Below, in pieces: positions 1 through 13,390 of a DNA stretch of 64,000 nucleotides. Origin of the DNA: Sphyrna mokarran (lineage: Eukaryota); contig JAGIQG010000013.1 in assembly GCA_024679065.1 (NCBI GenBank), positions 17,360,001 through 17,424,000 on the forward strand. Reading direction: 5' to 3'. Within the stretch, counting starts at the first letter, position 1. Each line of letters opens with the position of its first letter. Under the pieces are notes generated by a model that was not told where the DNA came from, searched no databases, and saw only the letters and a program-made list of their open reading frames with translations. The position numbers were made by a program, and so were the translations under genes.

Positions 1-2254
1 GAGAGTCAATTGAAGAGACATGTGAAAAGGGCAGCTTGGTGGGACAACTGAAAATCTCTTTCAAACAGAAATGCATTGGACCAAGTGACCTCATTCTAGG
101 CTGCGTGACTCTAATATGTGTAGTTGGATGCTCTCTATAGCATAATCTATCTGCTGAAGAAAGCAACAGTCAGCTAAACATACCGACTCTGTATTTCCGG
201 CCACTTTGATGGACAGGTTTAATCCAGGACACAAGTTAAAAAGATTAGCAGCGAGGAGCCAGAGACATAACACCATTATTTTGTAAAAGGATGTGGTTGC
301 TTGAGTATGAAAAACCCATTGTTCAGGTTTCCTGAGTAGCTTTGAAAGTAGATGTTCTCCAATCATATAACCCATGAGATATGTACTTTATCTGTGCAAT
401 GTCAATTACTATAAATTTATACTGTATATATTCAAAATGAATGTTTGTTAAGGTTCTACATAAAATAATTACTCTGATTCAGAGCTTATTTAATTGAGGG
501 ATTTTTGTAATACAAGCTGTCGGAAAGAAGCTCAACCTGATTTCAATGCATTACAGTTTTGGAACCTTTGCCCTTTGCTTTAATAAGGCTGTTGGAGAGA
601 ACCTAGTGCAGACACCACTTTGAAGATGGCTGAATGTTAGACTGGCTCTACTGAAACAATCACATTCTGACAGCCAAGAAGGCAGTACAGGAGCATCCTG
701 CAACATTACATGAACAGCATTCAACAAACTCTGATACGCCTTTAAACATTTAAGGTTAATTAATCCTGAAACATTAATGGGCTGTGGCCATACAGAAAAC
801 AACAATAAAACTCCCACTCCGCACATCACATTCTCAAATATGATTTATGTAGAAAGATTAAAATCACTCTGAACAGCTTCCTGTCTTAGAGTATGAGCCA
901 GAGAGTTAACTCTTTCCGTTTAGTCTCACACTCAGATAGTCTTATGAAAATCTTCTAGGGTTGTATTCAATTTGCCTCTTCCGTATCTTTTGACTTAAAT
1001 GATGATCTGCGATTTTCCGAGCCCTAAGCTTTGGAGACTTGGGATTTCCTTAGGAAATCTCCAGCAGGATACCAACAGACCTCCTCCCTGGGAGAAATAG
1101 CAGATGATTAAACTGGCTGTTGATGTGGTTTCTGTGGGATTTTCACCAAAGTTAAAGTGGGAAATCGAGACAGAACTGAGTGGATATGCAGAACTGTAGT
1201 TCTTGTAGTATTTGTTACTGTGGGACAACATGCTTAGCAGCCAATTGGAATCAAGAACCCACCCAAATGATAGCATCATTCACCTATATCTCTAAATATT
1301 GCTCTTTGTAGACTGCACTCCTGATTTTAGTAATAGAAAGGTTTCCGGTTTAATGTGCTTACCTAGTTAACTGCAGAGCTGAGCGTTCCTGAGGTAACAA
1401 ATCTAAGATGGAGCGAAGGTAAGGATGCTACAATCAGTGTGCAAACTCCTGGTTTAGGAAAAGGAAGGCAATACCCAGTGCTTCCGACTGGGATTCTTAT
1501 GTATGAGTAGGTTTGGTCTTGGGTATGATGTCTCAGCAGTGATATAATCCTTTGGCACTCCCCACCAACTGGAATAATGGTCACTTTGTGAGGTTAAATG
1601 ATGGTTCTTGGTCTTCCATTAAAGGAGGAAAAGAAAGATAATCTGGAGGAAGAAATTTCAAGTTAATACAATGCTTGCAATGTTTGTGGTCTCTCAGTTC
1701 TCAACCTCATGGTTGAAAAGGACATAGAGGCAGAACGAGACCACAGGCTGGAAAAAACAGAATCAATAAACCAAAATATATGTAATTTGAATAATATCAA
1801 TATATAGAGAGACTTTGCATTTGGTTCAGTCCACACAGCTCCCCTTTTCTCAGCAGACACCCACACACACTTTGTTATCACTTCAATTTATGCTCCACCA
1901 CATATTTCCTCCCCCATCGAGGTTTAGATGACCCACTCTCTTTTCTCCAGTGACTCAAAACCATCGATTCCCATTCATGGTGAACTTCTTTGATGATTCA
2001 AATTTGCTCTTTCTGTTCCCTGTGCTTCTTCAGGGGGCAACCCATTTCCTTCCTCCCTCCACCCGCCTTGGAGCCACCAGGAAATAGAAAGAAAGGAAAA
2101 AAGAGAGATGGTTAACGCTGCTTTTTAATTCAGGAAATCCAGTGCGGTGGTTGGAACTGATATTTGATTTCCGGTTATGTTTAGAGGGGGTGATGTTGGT
2201 AGGACAGATGGGGGTTCCCCATGGACTGCACAGCATGAGGACACACCTTTTTTA

Positions 2255-2830
2255 ATTCAATTTGTGCTTGGGAAGTGAGCATTCCCAGCCATGCCAGACC
2301 ACCTCCAGTCCCCTTCGAAAGTGATAGTGAGCTGCCATCTCGAACTGTTACAATCCATGTGGTGTACAGCCACAGTGAAGGAAGTTCCAGATTATTAACT
2401 CAGTGGCGATGAAGAAATGATGATACCGTTAAAGTCAAGATGGTTCTGTTGTGGAAGAAACTTGCAACTAACGGTATTCCCGTGTATCTTCTGTCCTTAT
2501 GCTCCTGGGTAATAAAGGTTGTAGGTTTGAAAGAATGCTGTGAAAGCAGCCTTCGCGACTATTGTAGATGGTACAAACCCACTATGAGTCAGTGGAGGAG
2601 AGAGTCAATGTTTAAAGTGGTGGATGGGGTGCTTTGTCCTGGATGGTGTTACACTCCTTGTTGTTGGAGCCATGTTCATTCAGCTAGGTGAAGAGTATTC
2701 CATCACACTCTTGGCTTATGCCTTGTGAATGGTGAAGTGGCGCTGGAGAGTCAGAAGTTGAGTTATTTACAGTAGAATTCCCCATCTATGAGGTTCTCTT
2801 GTAGCCACAGTATTTCTATGACTGCTCCAG
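2255..2830 (-). mobile_element. Degenerate LINE 3' fragment (L2/CR1-group family recurring in this window)
   Basis: Shares sequence with 3415-3700, 24410-24630, 43370-43540 and 60790-60920 (ggtggtgagc..ccttcttgaa, gcccttgtccttc motifs). Confidence 0.55.
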
Positions 2831-3414
2831 CTGGTATTAACTGAACAGCTGGCGGTGGGGGGCAGTTCGACATGTAGGGGCATGACAAGCTGCTTAGAGA
2901 ACTCTGGGGGAGGACACTCATTCAAAAGTACTTAATATGAGGTGCTAAGCTACCCCGATTGAGGAGCCTGGCATTGGAAAGGGGCTAGCGACTGAGAACC
3001 ATATACCTGTCCTTGCTGCTAACCGCTCTCTAATGCCCTCCCTGGTAAACCTTATCTCTGCAACTCCTCTCCTACTATCATTCATCTGTCACCTGGGATT
3101 CAGTGAGGATACTAGGCCTCAGATGAATGGCAGACCAGTAGCAACTATCACCTCCCGGATGGCACACTCATTAAATAAAGCTGCCAACTTCTAATATACT
3201 GGCAGCCCTCAGCAGGCAGATTTCTATCTCTGAGGTCCTTGAGAAGGCCCACCCCTGTCCAGTTAAGTGCCCAAGTGGCATTAATACAGCGTGTCTTCTC
3301 CAATAGAGGCAACTGAAACTCCCACCAGCAATTCAGTCAATAGGCAAGACTCTCATCACCTCCACTAAATACCACCCAAATAACTGCCAATAAATTGCAT
3401 AAATATAAGGAGCA

Positions 3415-3700
3415 TGTTTCAACAACACTTTCCAAACTAGCGACTTCTACCACCTAGAAGGACAAGGGCAGCAGACACATGGGAACACCCTCCAAGCCAC
3501 ACACCATTCTGATTTGGAATCGTAGCTCCGCTCCTTCCCAGTCAAATTCCTGAAGTCCCTTCCTAACAGTACTGCAGTTGTATGTACACAAGGTGGATTG
3601 CAGTGGTTCCAGAAAGCAGCTCACCACCTCTTCTCGAGGTTGAGGTGGCAAATGCTAGTCTTGCCAATGATGTTAATATCCCAGAATCAAATAATGAAAG
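3415..3700 (+). mobile_element. LINE 3'-end fragment, same family
   Basis: ctagaaggacaagggcagcagacacatggg...gcagctcaccacc; reverse complement of 24410-24630. Confidence 0.6.
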
Positions 3701-4921
3701 CAGTGATGTGGTTAGAAAGATAGACTCCAAGCCAAAAAGGGAATTATTGGGAGAGATGGCCACATCTCACATGATCAGTAAAGGTTGTAAGGACTGGGCT
3801 GAAAGAGTAGAAGAAGGGTTAGGGTTAGGTTTAGAGTGAATTCTAGGGTACAGGGTTTAGGTGGCTGAACTGCCAAAGATGGGGTGAAGTAGGGAAGGTT
3901 ACACAAGAGTCAAAGAAATGGAGAGTCCAGAAGGAATCACAGAGATAGGGGTGAGCAAGCCTATGAATAGATAGAAATAGGAGGATGAGAATTTTCAATT
4001 TGTGGAGTTAATGAACTGAGGGCTAATATAGTTCAGAGACAATAAGATTGAGAGGTGACTGAAATTGCTGGCAGAATTCAGAATAAATGTAAATTTAGGA
4101 TAAGTTTAGGACAAGTGTAAATTTATAGAATATGAGGAATTATTTGGAGAAGTTTGGAATGATGAGTGTGAATGAGAGTCTCAGTAGAAGACAGGTTAAT
4201 GCAAGAGAAGGCAATGGCCTCACTAGACTATTAATTCAGAAACTCAGATAATGTTCGGGGGACACGGGTTCGAACTCCACCACGACAGATATCTAAAATT
4301 AAACCTCTACTGATGACCATGAAACTATTGTCAATTGTTGGAAAAATCCATGTGGATCACGGATGTCCTTTGAGAAAGGAAATCTGATCTGGCCAACATG
4401 TGACTTCAGATCCACAGCAATGTGGTTGATTCTCAACTGCCTTGAGGCAGGTAGGAATGGATAATTAATTCTGGCCAGCCAGTGATACCCATGTCCCACC
4501 AATGAATAGAAAAAGGGGTAGAAACAGATGATATTACAGACATGGGCAGGAAAATCCCATCAAGCCTCCTCCCCCCCCCCCCCCCCCCCCATACAGTAGG
4601 CCTTCCCCAAAAGAGGGAATATATCTCCACAAACAATCCTTGTTCTTCATATTAATTTTACGAATTCCTAAGGTGATCTACTTTATACCTGGCTGTGTAC
4701 ATTGCCTTCAGAAATCATCAACTCGATCATGATAATCAACTGATAGCAACTAAGCAAATAATCGCCACATTCTTCAAGATAGTTTTCAATGAAAGTATCT
4801 ATTGCAAGCTTAACCTGGACAGGATATTGGGGATATTTAGTAAAAAAAAGATCCAGAGATCAATTAATAAAAAAAGCTTGGAAAAATGGCTGAGCGTGTT
4901 TTCTGTTTGTAATTTTGACAG

Positions 4922-5025
4922 ATGCTGAAGTTATGAACCTGAATGACCCCAAGTTGTGTTATATTCTGGATGGAATTCTCTTTATATATGGAATTATAAT
5001 CACCGGTCTCTACTTTAAACTCAGG
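4922..5025 (+). CDS. CD247: CD247 (CD3 zeta) exon 2: end of signal peptide, short ectodomain, transmembrane helix
   Basis: ttttgacag|AT...CTCAGG|gtaag, 104 nt, phase 1 start. Translates [34 protein letters not shown], matching the zeta TM (human [27 protein letters not shown]) with the dimer Cys and TM Asp, Tyr and Thr. Confidence 0.96.
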
Positions 5026-5127
5026 GTAAGTCATTTATCATTATTTGCTATTGTTGAGTTTTAGAGGAACCATTACTTAAATGTTTGATGTAAATGAAGT
5101 ATTGCACATTTGGATCCAGTTTATTAT

Positions 5128-5477
5128 GAAGTTTATTTATCAGTGTCACAAAGTAGGCTAACACTGCAATGAAGTTATTGTGAGCATCCCCTAGTTGCCA
5201 CATTCTGGCACCTGTTCAGGTACACTGAGGGAGAAATTAGCACGGCCAATGCGCCTAACCTGCACATCTTTCTGACTGGGGGATGAAACCAAAGCAGCCG
5301 GAGGAAACCCACACAGACATAAGTAAGGCTTACATTAACATTGCAATGAAGTTACTGGGAAATTCCCCTAGTTGCCACTACGGAGAATATGCAGACTCCA
5401 CACAGACAGTGAGCCAAGCCGGGAATTGAACCCAGGTCCCTGGCATGTGAGGCAGCAATGCTAACCATTGTGCCACC
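5128..5477 (-). mobile_element. tRNA-derived V-SINE (HE1-like) with small internal duplication
   Basis: Minus strand shows ggtggcacaatggttagc (A box), gggttcaattccc (B box), the V core gggtttcctccgg...ggttt, and an aataaac-type tail. Confidence 0.85.
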
Positions 5478-6659
5478 AAAACATTCAACAGCATCATTGC
5501 GAACTTTTTTCTAACCCACTGACAATGTACAGGTTGAAACTGTGTAGGGAGCAAATCAATCGTCATTGCTGAGTTAATTCAGGTGCAGTATCCCCAGTGG
5601 ATACCACAATCTGAATGCTGATGTATTGATGTCCTGCAACATTGAGTAGTAGAGCACAGTACCCTGTGGCTCCCCAGTGAAATGACCCAGGAGCTAGGAC
5701 TCTTGGGTTAACTTGGGTAATGTGAGTTTAGTCATCAGACTTCAAACAAGGAGTCATAGCACAAAACATTTGAAATGTAAAAGTAGTCTTTTTTAATTCC
5801 TCCAATTTCTCTATAGATGGTTCAAGCAATGTGAATGTGGCTCTAAACACATAAAGCATTGTTTTTTAATTAGATATATCTTTCATTTTTTCTGCTTTAT
5901 TGCAGCATGATTTAGACCTGCTGATTTCTTCTTCTCCCCAAGGATCAGTGGCAATTACTAGCACAGAAAGAACATTTATCCTGATGTTTCAGTGCTTCAC
6001 CTCTCCCCCAAGCTTTACGTTAACAAACAGTCATCTAAAAACATAAAGGGGATGATTGCCCATTCACCAACGGAAATATTTTATTCCCTTCTTGGTGCAG
6101 GTTATAAACTCTGATCAGATCAAGGGCTTCATGATCAGTCACCAAACAATTAGCACATTCATTTTACCATGATAATATGTCTTAGTACATTACATCACAA
6201 ACCAGAAATAGCACGACTGTCAATGAAGAAAAATACTTAATGTGCTATATTTCTCGAGTTTCCTCACTAACAGCTTTGCAGTGGAATAGGGCACTTTAAG
6301 AGCCATCAGCTCTTTGCAGGGAAAACAGTCTACTTTAGCTGCCTGTAGTGTTAGCAGCTTTTCAATAAAACTCTTCATTTGTTTGAGCCTTCGAGGCCTA
6401 TTCATTAAAACCGCCAAGTAGAAAATTAGTCCTGAGGTGATCGGACCAAATTTGCAGCCACTCCAAAAAAGTGGGAAAAGTCCATTGTAGACATTGGAAG
6501 CAGAATAAATAATTGGAATCATTGTTACATGAGAGCTGGTGACAGGGTATCAAACAACATTCTCAGCAACCAGAGGAACCAAAATATAATTGAAGATTCT
6601 GGAAAAAAACAACTTCAGAAAGAAGCTCATCACGTACTCTGTCTGGAAAGATGTAGAAT

Positions 6660-6835
6660 GGTACCAAGAGCATCGTGGGCAGTAAGGGTTTCCTCCAGTT
6701 TCTTCCCACAGTGTAAAAGACGTATGCTTAGGTGCATTGACCCAAAGAGATGCCAGAGTGTGGTGACTAGAGCAATTTCACAGTAACTTCATTGCAATAT
6801 TAATGTAAGTCTTATTTGTGACTAATAAATAATTT
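6660..6835 (+). mobile_element. Partial V-SINE
   Basis: gggtttcctccagtttcttcccacag...cacagtaacttcattgca...gtgactaataaata. Confidence 0.75.
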
Positions 6836-7814
6836 TTTTTAAAAAAAGATGCACTGCAACAATGAATTGAGAGCTGGAGTGTGTCGCAAAACATAAAGGG
6901 ACACAGGCTTATTTTGTTTTGGGGAATAAGGAAGCGACACAGTGTTAAAAATTACATGGCACATTGTGCTTGCGTATGTCCCCTCCATAGTGAAAATGGC
7001 AGGGCTATTTGATGCCATGGGACCGTTCAATGAGATTGCAGAACGATGCAGCTCATGTACAGAGAGATTTAACTATTTTGTCCAAGCAGCAAGATTGCAG
7101 CAAATATAGTCATCCCAATTTTCCTGTGCATAATTGGGGGAAAGTACTTAACCTTCTGAGAAGTCAGCCAAAAAAAACCAGGCATGAAAACCTACAATGA
7201 AATAGAGAAAAATTGCAGGGCTGCAATTCACAGAATCTTTTAGTCATTGCAGAAAGATTTAGGTTCCATAACCGCAACCAACAAGTAGGTGAATCTATCA
7301 CACAGTTTGCAGCTACCTTGAAAAGACTGGCCCAACCCTCTGAATTTGGGGATGTCTTGAATGACTCCAATAGAGATAGATTTGTCTGTGGCTGAAGGAG
7401 CAAAGTTATTCAAAAATTGTTCTTAACAGAAAGCCGCCTAACATTAAAGAAAATTTTGAAAGTTGCTGTACCTATGGAATTAGCAGCCAAAGAAGCTCAA
7501 CAGTTAAGTTTGAGCATAAGATTGCATAAGATGTCAGTTGAAAATCAAACATTGATATAGACTTGCAATTGCCATTGGTGTGCAATAATCGAGCATAGAG
7601 TAGCAGAAGCAATTATATCTTATGCAGGAATTGTGTCAATAAAGGGCCATATTGAATGCACTTATTGGAAAAAGAAACAAGTTTCAGGCCAGAGTACATA
7701 AAGCAAAACTGAATGCATCAAATGGAAAGTCAAATAAAGGAAAATATATCCATACGGTATGAAAAGGAGCGAGAAAGGACTCAAGTCACAATCTGGAGAT
7801 GAATTGTCGTTAAA

Positions 7815-8045
7815 TGTACAACTTGTCCTGGTCCTTCCACACTGACACTATAGTTAAGAAAGTCCACCAATGCCTCTATCTTCTAAGGAGGCTAAGGAAG
7901 GAAATTCAACATGTTTACTACGACTCTCACCAATTCAGACCAGTGCACAATAGAAAGTGTTCTTTCCGGTTGTATCACAGCTTGGTGTGGCTCCTGCTCT
8001 GCCCAAGACCGCAAGGAATGACAAAAGGTCATGAACGTAGCTCAA
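7815..8045 (+). mobile_element. LINE RT C-terminal fragment (Rex/L2-like) nested in the Gypsy element
   Basis: LSWSFHTDTIVKKVHQCLYLLRRLRK motif. Confidence 0.7.
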
Positions 8046-9689
8046 TCCAAAAGTCGAGCAAGATGCTTAAAGGCAAAGTCAGTGCCATATGCAATTAGAC
8101 CCAAAGTAAAGGAAGAATTAAAGTGGCTGATCAAAGTAGATGTCCTCCAACCTGTTAATTGAGAGCGATTGGGCCACACCAATAGTACCCGTGATGAAGA
8201 GAGATGGATTAGTATGCATTTGTGGCAATTTTAAAAATGGTTATCAATCTGGTACTTTGTGATTGACGATTTATTCGCTGAATTGGCTAAGGCCAACACT
8301 TCAGTAAAGTTGTCCTTATCTAAGCTTATTTCCAGATGAATATGGATCCAGATTCACAATAATATTTAACCATTGTGACACACAAAGGGCTATTCAGATA
8401 CAAAAGATTTTGATTTGGCATCAAGTCCATATCTCCTTTGTTTCAATATGTCAGGGGTCAATTCTAATGGATTCGAAGGAGTGCAATGTTACTTAGACAA
8501 TATCTTAGCTACTCGAAAGCTTGATGAAGATTATCTCCACAACCTAGATGCCACATTCCAGAGACCAGAAGATTAAGAGTCTAGAAAATTAGATGTGAAT
8601 TTTTCCAACCTTTGATCGAATATCCCAGGTCAATTCAGAGAAGCAAAAGGACCACACAAGTCACTTTGGAAAATCAAAGCCATTACAGAAGTATCTGACT
8701 TCAAAATGTCAATCAACTTCAATCTTTTTTGGATTTACTAAATTATTTTCAGAGGTTTGTCCCTAGTCTAGCAACTGTTTTTAAACTTTTACATAATTTA
8801 TTGTGGCAAAACAGAAAAAGGAAGCGGGTGGATCAATGTACAACAGGCTTTGTACAAGCTAAGGAAGCACCACTCACATCAAAAGATCCGGCACACTTTG
8901 ATCTGAATTTACCCTTACAACTGGCAAATAACACATCACCTCAAGGAGTGGAGCAGTAATTTCCCACATGATACCCACAGGTGAAGAGAAGTCAGTAGCT
9001 TTGAATAAGTCAGAAATCAATCGATCAAGAGGGAAAGACTCAAGAATCACTTTCAGAATAAAATCATTTGCGAGATAATTTACTTTATTGATTGACCTGT
9101 CATTCTCCTACAATAATATCTGGGCCTCATACCAAGATTCCATCACTGGCAGTGAATCAGATGCAGAGATGGACACTGTTCTTGTTGGCTCAGACATACG
9201 CAATAAAGTATCACTAATCAAATCTCACTGATGGGCTCTCCCAACTACCCTTATCCAATGCTTCGTCAATGAACAGTTTGTGCAGAAATATGTTCTGCTT
9301 CCAGCAAGTAGATAACATTCCTGGAACTGTAAGACAAGAAGCATAATAGAAATGATCCCGTACTGTCAGAAGTCATGGACTCAGGGACAATACATTGGGA
9401 GCAAATCCTGAGTCAAGGCCATATTCCACCTGAAAACTCAAACTATCCATACAGAGAGGTTGGGAACGAGAGTCATTATTCTACCATTATTAAGGAAATA
9501 TGTATTAAACTCAAAAGCCAATGTGGCATGGTAAAGATGAAAGAGATAGGTTTTTGGCAGCTGGGGCTCAATGCAAAAATGAAGGTGAAGGTGTGAATAT
9601 TTTCATCTTGTGCAAAAGTGTAGAATCAGCTTCTGTTAGTCCCATTTCACCTATGGGAATGGTCAGAAAAGGACAAATGAGATTGGGGG

Positions 9690-10090
9690 GAGGTAAGGGG
9701 GTGTCTCATAGAGGTTTATAAAATTCTAACAGAATTAGACAAGATAGATGCAGGGAGGATGTTTTCAATGGCGGGGAAGTCCAGAACCACGGGTCACAGT
9801 CTGAGGATTTAGGGTAGACCATTTAAGATGAAGGTGAGGTTCATTTCTTCATCCAAAGAGCAGTGAACCTGTGAAATTCATTACCACAAGAAGTAGTTGG
9901 TGCCAAAACATTGAATGTATTCAAGAGGTGGCTGGATATTGCACATGGGGCAAATGGGATCAAAAGATTTAAGGATAAAAAGCAGGATTATTGAGTTTGG
10001 ATGATCAGCCATGATTGTAAGGAATGGCGCAGAGCAGGCTCAAGGGGCCAAACAACCTTCCCCAGCCCCTATCTCTTTTGTTTCTATGTA
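9690..10090 (+). mobile_element. CR1 LINE 3' end nested in the Gypsy element
   Basis: gaggtttataaaatt, agaaccacgggtcacagtct (RTxGHS), ttcttc...gtgaacctgtg, CR1-type 3' UTR ending tttctatgt. Confidence 0.85.
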
Positions 10091-11229
10091 GGATGGATAG
10101 TAAGTACATGTAGACTATGCCAGACCATTCAAAGGCTGTATGTTTCTCATTGTGGTTGGTGCCTGAAGACAACATCCTCAGGGAGAACAATTGAAAGATT
10201 GGGTGAAATTTTCAATTCATTGAGTTATCCTGAACAGCTGGACCGCACAGTTCATATTGCAAGACTTCACTAACCATTTAAAGGAGAATGGGATTTAACA
10301 TGTTGGATCCATTCCGTACCACCCTGCCATGAACAGGCTGGCAGAACGCTTTGTTTAGATGAAGAAATATTTATTGAAGGTGATGAGAAAGCAAGATTCA
10401 TTGTCTAAACGATTGAACCAACTCCTGCTGATGCACAGAAACACTACGCACTCATCACCCCACATTTCTCTGGCGTTTGCTGATGGTTCAACTGTGCACA
10501 GAGCTTGATTTGCTTAAACGACCCAAGAGAAATTGTTGAAGCCAAACAGCAAGATCAGGTAATGTGATGAGAGAACAAGGCGAAGCATTGTGTTTTTTAT
10601 TGGGGTCAAGTAGTCCAAATGAGGAATTATACATTCCAAATCCAACTGTAATGATTGGAAATTTTTGTATTTTCACATTTTGTTTCCCTCTGGACACAAA
10701 GCTTTGTTCGTGCAGTATATTTTGTGAATGTACATTTTTTTGTAATTTCTCAGTTACTTTCCTGCATCTTCTGTATTCCATGGGCCACAGAGGAATTCAG
10801 GTTGAAAGGGCAAACACGACCTCTCCCCTTTGACTTGGGAAGCGGTCTAATTGAAATTCCTTTTCAGATTTCTTCCCATCAACCCCATCTTCCCACATAA
10901 ACATGGTTGGGAAGAAGGGTAAAGCCAAGTTTTTGGACAATCACAAACGCTAGGAAAAGATGATTATGATGAAATATATAAGCCTGAAGAATGATTTGAA
11001 GAAAATGTCATTAAATGGCCAATTGAGCATCAGAAGTCAATTAGCTGAGGAGTTAAGGTTGTCTAATCAGTCACTGACCATCCATGTCAAACAAGAGGCC
11101 ATCTCATTGATGAAGGATCGTGAACAACAAATCAGAGACTCCCTTTGGATGATCATGAGAAGAGACACATGAGTGTGGAAAACTGTGGGTGTTGTGATAC
11201 TGGCTTTTCATTACATAAGATAAAATGAA

Positions 11230-12090
11230 TTGCAAGATCACGCTGGAAAAACCCAACAATCAGGCAGCATTATGAAGAGAGAAACAGAGTTAACGGTTTG
11301 AGTCCATATGATGTCATCAGAGCTAAAGATAAAAAAGATTGGATGAAAAAATAGGTCAAAATGGAGGAGCGAACATACATCTAAGTTACTGAAATTAATG
11401 TTGAGTCCAGAAGGCTGTGTAACTTGCCTAATCAGAAGATGAGTTCCTCCAGTTTGTGTTGGGCTTCACTGGAACATTGCTGCAGGCCCAGGACAGGCAA
11501 CTGGGGTGTGACAGCAAGATGCTGAATTGAAAGGGCAAACAACAGCAAGGTTGGTGTCATGCTTGCGGACTGGATGAAGATGTTCCGCAAAGTAGTCACT
11601 CAAACTGCACTTAGTCTAGGCAATGTGAGCGAGGACTGCATTTGATCAGCGAATGCATTGGACCAAATTGAAGCAGGTGCAAGTGAAATGCTGTTTCCCG
11701 TCGAAGGGGCGTCTGGGGCATCCTTCAGGGCCTCCTGTCACTTCTTCTACAGTTTTGCTTTCGCTGAGCGCTAACCCTTGTTCTGCTACTAATACATTCC
11801 GCTATCTTACCCTTATATCATTATCAGTACCTTATTTAGTTCTTAATGCTACCATTGGCATTCCATTTGCCATGGCATCTTTGTCAAACCTTTCCTAACT
11901 CCCACCTAACCCTGACCTTCTATTCTGCTCCCCCACCCCCCAAACAATATTTCATCCATGACATTTCTCGAGCTCTGAATCTTACAGACTCAAAACATTA
12001 ACTCTGTTTCTCTCCCACAAATGCTGCCAGACCTACTCAGATTTTCTGGTTTTTATTTCAGATTTCCAGCAATCCGGTATTTTGCTTTTA
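11230..12090. mobile_element. Penelope-like element fragment: GIY-YIG endonuclease remnant (minus) between inverted pseudo-LTR arms
   Basis: Minus strand reads approximately KQHFTCTCFNLVQCIR...YFAEH and LLQCSSEAQHKLEELIF, typical of the PLE GIY-YIG domain. Arm 11230-11325 is the inverse of 11970-12045 (gagagaaacagagttaa / ttaactctgtttctctc). Confidence 0.8.
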
Positions 12091-12228
12091 TCACAAAATA
12101 TGGAATTACAATTTCATGTAACCTGAGAATCCAACTGGCTATTTTAATTAGTTACATCAGCAACACATTTACAATGGGATTAGTAAATTAACTGCTACAA
12201 AATGTTCTTTCTCATTTTCTTCTCAAAG

Positions 12229-12297
12229 TTCTCCAAGGTGAAAAGTAAACAAGAAGATAGTCCTGCCAGCCAAATGAATATTGAACAGCATTATCAG
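12229..12297 (+). CDS. CD247: CD247 exon 3 (juxtamembrane region to first Tyr of ITAM1)
   Basis: Polypyrimidine tract then aag|TTC...CAG|gtaag, 69 nt, phase 0. FSKVKSKQEDSPASQMNIEQHYQ; human exon 3 also starts FS and ends Yx. Confidence 0.88.
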
Positions 12298-12384
12298 GTA
12301 AGAAAGTATTTCCATTTTCTTGAATTAGTTACTCTTTGATCGTCACTGTAATCCAATTATTTAGGCCTAACTCAAATCAGGATT

Positions 12385-12925
12385 GTGTCCAGTCCTGTTC
12401 TGGTCTTCTGATTTGAGGAAGGATGTAGTGGTATTGGAGGCAGTTCAGAGGAGGTTCTCCAGATTGATTCTGGGGATGAAGGGGTTAACGTATGAGGAGA
12501 GATTAAACAGTTTGGATTTGTACTCACTGGAGTTTAGAAAGATGTTGGGGGGGATCTGATCAAGGTATATAAAATGTGAAAAGGGATTGATAGAGTAAAT
12601 ATAAACCAAATGTTTCCTCTTATGGGCAATCCAGAACAAGAGGTCACAGGTATAGACTATGAGGCAATTAACTATAAAACTGAGATGAGGAGAAACTGCT
12701 TCTCGCAGAAGGTGGTGAATTTGTGGGACTTGCTGCCCCATAGCACAGTGGAATCTGAATCATTGAATCATTTCAAGAAGTAGATAGATATATTGCTGAT
12801 TTTAAGAAAAGGGTAAAGGAGATATGGGGAACAGGTGGGGAAGTGGATTTGAGACCAGCGAGAGATCAGCCATGATCTGATTGAATGGCGGAGCAGGTTT
12901 AAAGGGCTGGATTTGCTGTGTTCCT
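12385..12925 (+). mobile_element. CR1 LINE 3' end
   Basis: Encodes VQRRFSRLI.GM..L.YEERL, RTRGH and FSQKVVNLW motifs. Confidence 0.9.
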
Positions 12926-13100
12926 AGGGTGCTTTTGTCGTTAGGGTGTTGTTTGTCTCTGCTAATGAAGATCCTGAAGGCTGATTATACTGAGGTTTAC
13001 ACTGAGCTGGATCACTGGTCAATTTCTGGTCACCCACAAATCATTCACCTTTCGTGGAAATAGTACTCATCATTTTGGAGATGGCTCCAAAGGAAAGATT

Positions 13101-13390
13101 GAAGTTTATTTATTACTGTCACAAGTCAGCTTATATTAACACTGCAATGAAGTTACTGTGAAAATCCTTTAGTCATCACACTCCAGCATCTGTTTGGGTA
13201 CACTGAGAGAGAATTTAGCATGGCCAATGCACCTAACCAGCACGTCTTTCAGAATGTGGGAGAAAACCAGAGCACCCGGAGAAAACCCACGCAGAGAATG
13301 TGCAAACTCCACACGGACAGTGACCCAAGCCAGGAATTGAACCTGGGTTCCTACCACAGTGAAACAGCAGTGCTAATCACCCTGCTACCC
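13101..13390 (-). mobile_element. V-SINE
   Basis: Same family as 5128-5477. Confidence 0.85.

Larger units (their letters stand above)
6970..11170 (+). mobile_element. Decayed Ty3/Gypsy LTR retrotransposon internal region (gag, RT, RNase H, integrase), interrupted by LINE fragments
   Basis: gag-like AERFRFHNRNQQVGESITQFAATLKRLA...RDRFVCG; RT WATPIVPVMKRDG (~8170) and CYLDNI (~8490); RNase H LPLQLA..SPQGV; integrase-like YHPA.NRLAERFV (~10320). Many stops and frameshifts. LTRs not identified. Confidence 0.85.

Noticed and set aside
4566-4590. Poly-C/poly-G runs (also ~14290-14320) as G-quadruplex candidates
   Set aside because: Simple homopolymers with no supporting context, and length is error-prone.
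1-4921. Search for CD247 exon 1 (signal peptide) and promoter
   Set aside because: No convincing ATG plus hydrophobic leader plus phase-1 donor found by eye. Intron 1 is long in mammals, so exon 1 is likely upstream of the window.
5430-5477. tRNA-like A/B-box sequences here and at 13330, 20150, 25560, 40985, 41880 and 50170
   Set aside because: They are SINE heads joined to SINE bodies; no full cloverleaf was seen, so they were not called tRNA genes.
10488-10781. Minus-strand ORF containing SFGLLDP, identical to the human CD247 ectodomain peptide
   Set aside because: Wrong strand, inside the Gypsy remnant, and not followed by the LCY..DG transmembrane segment. The real exon 2 is at 4922-5025. 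Coincidence.
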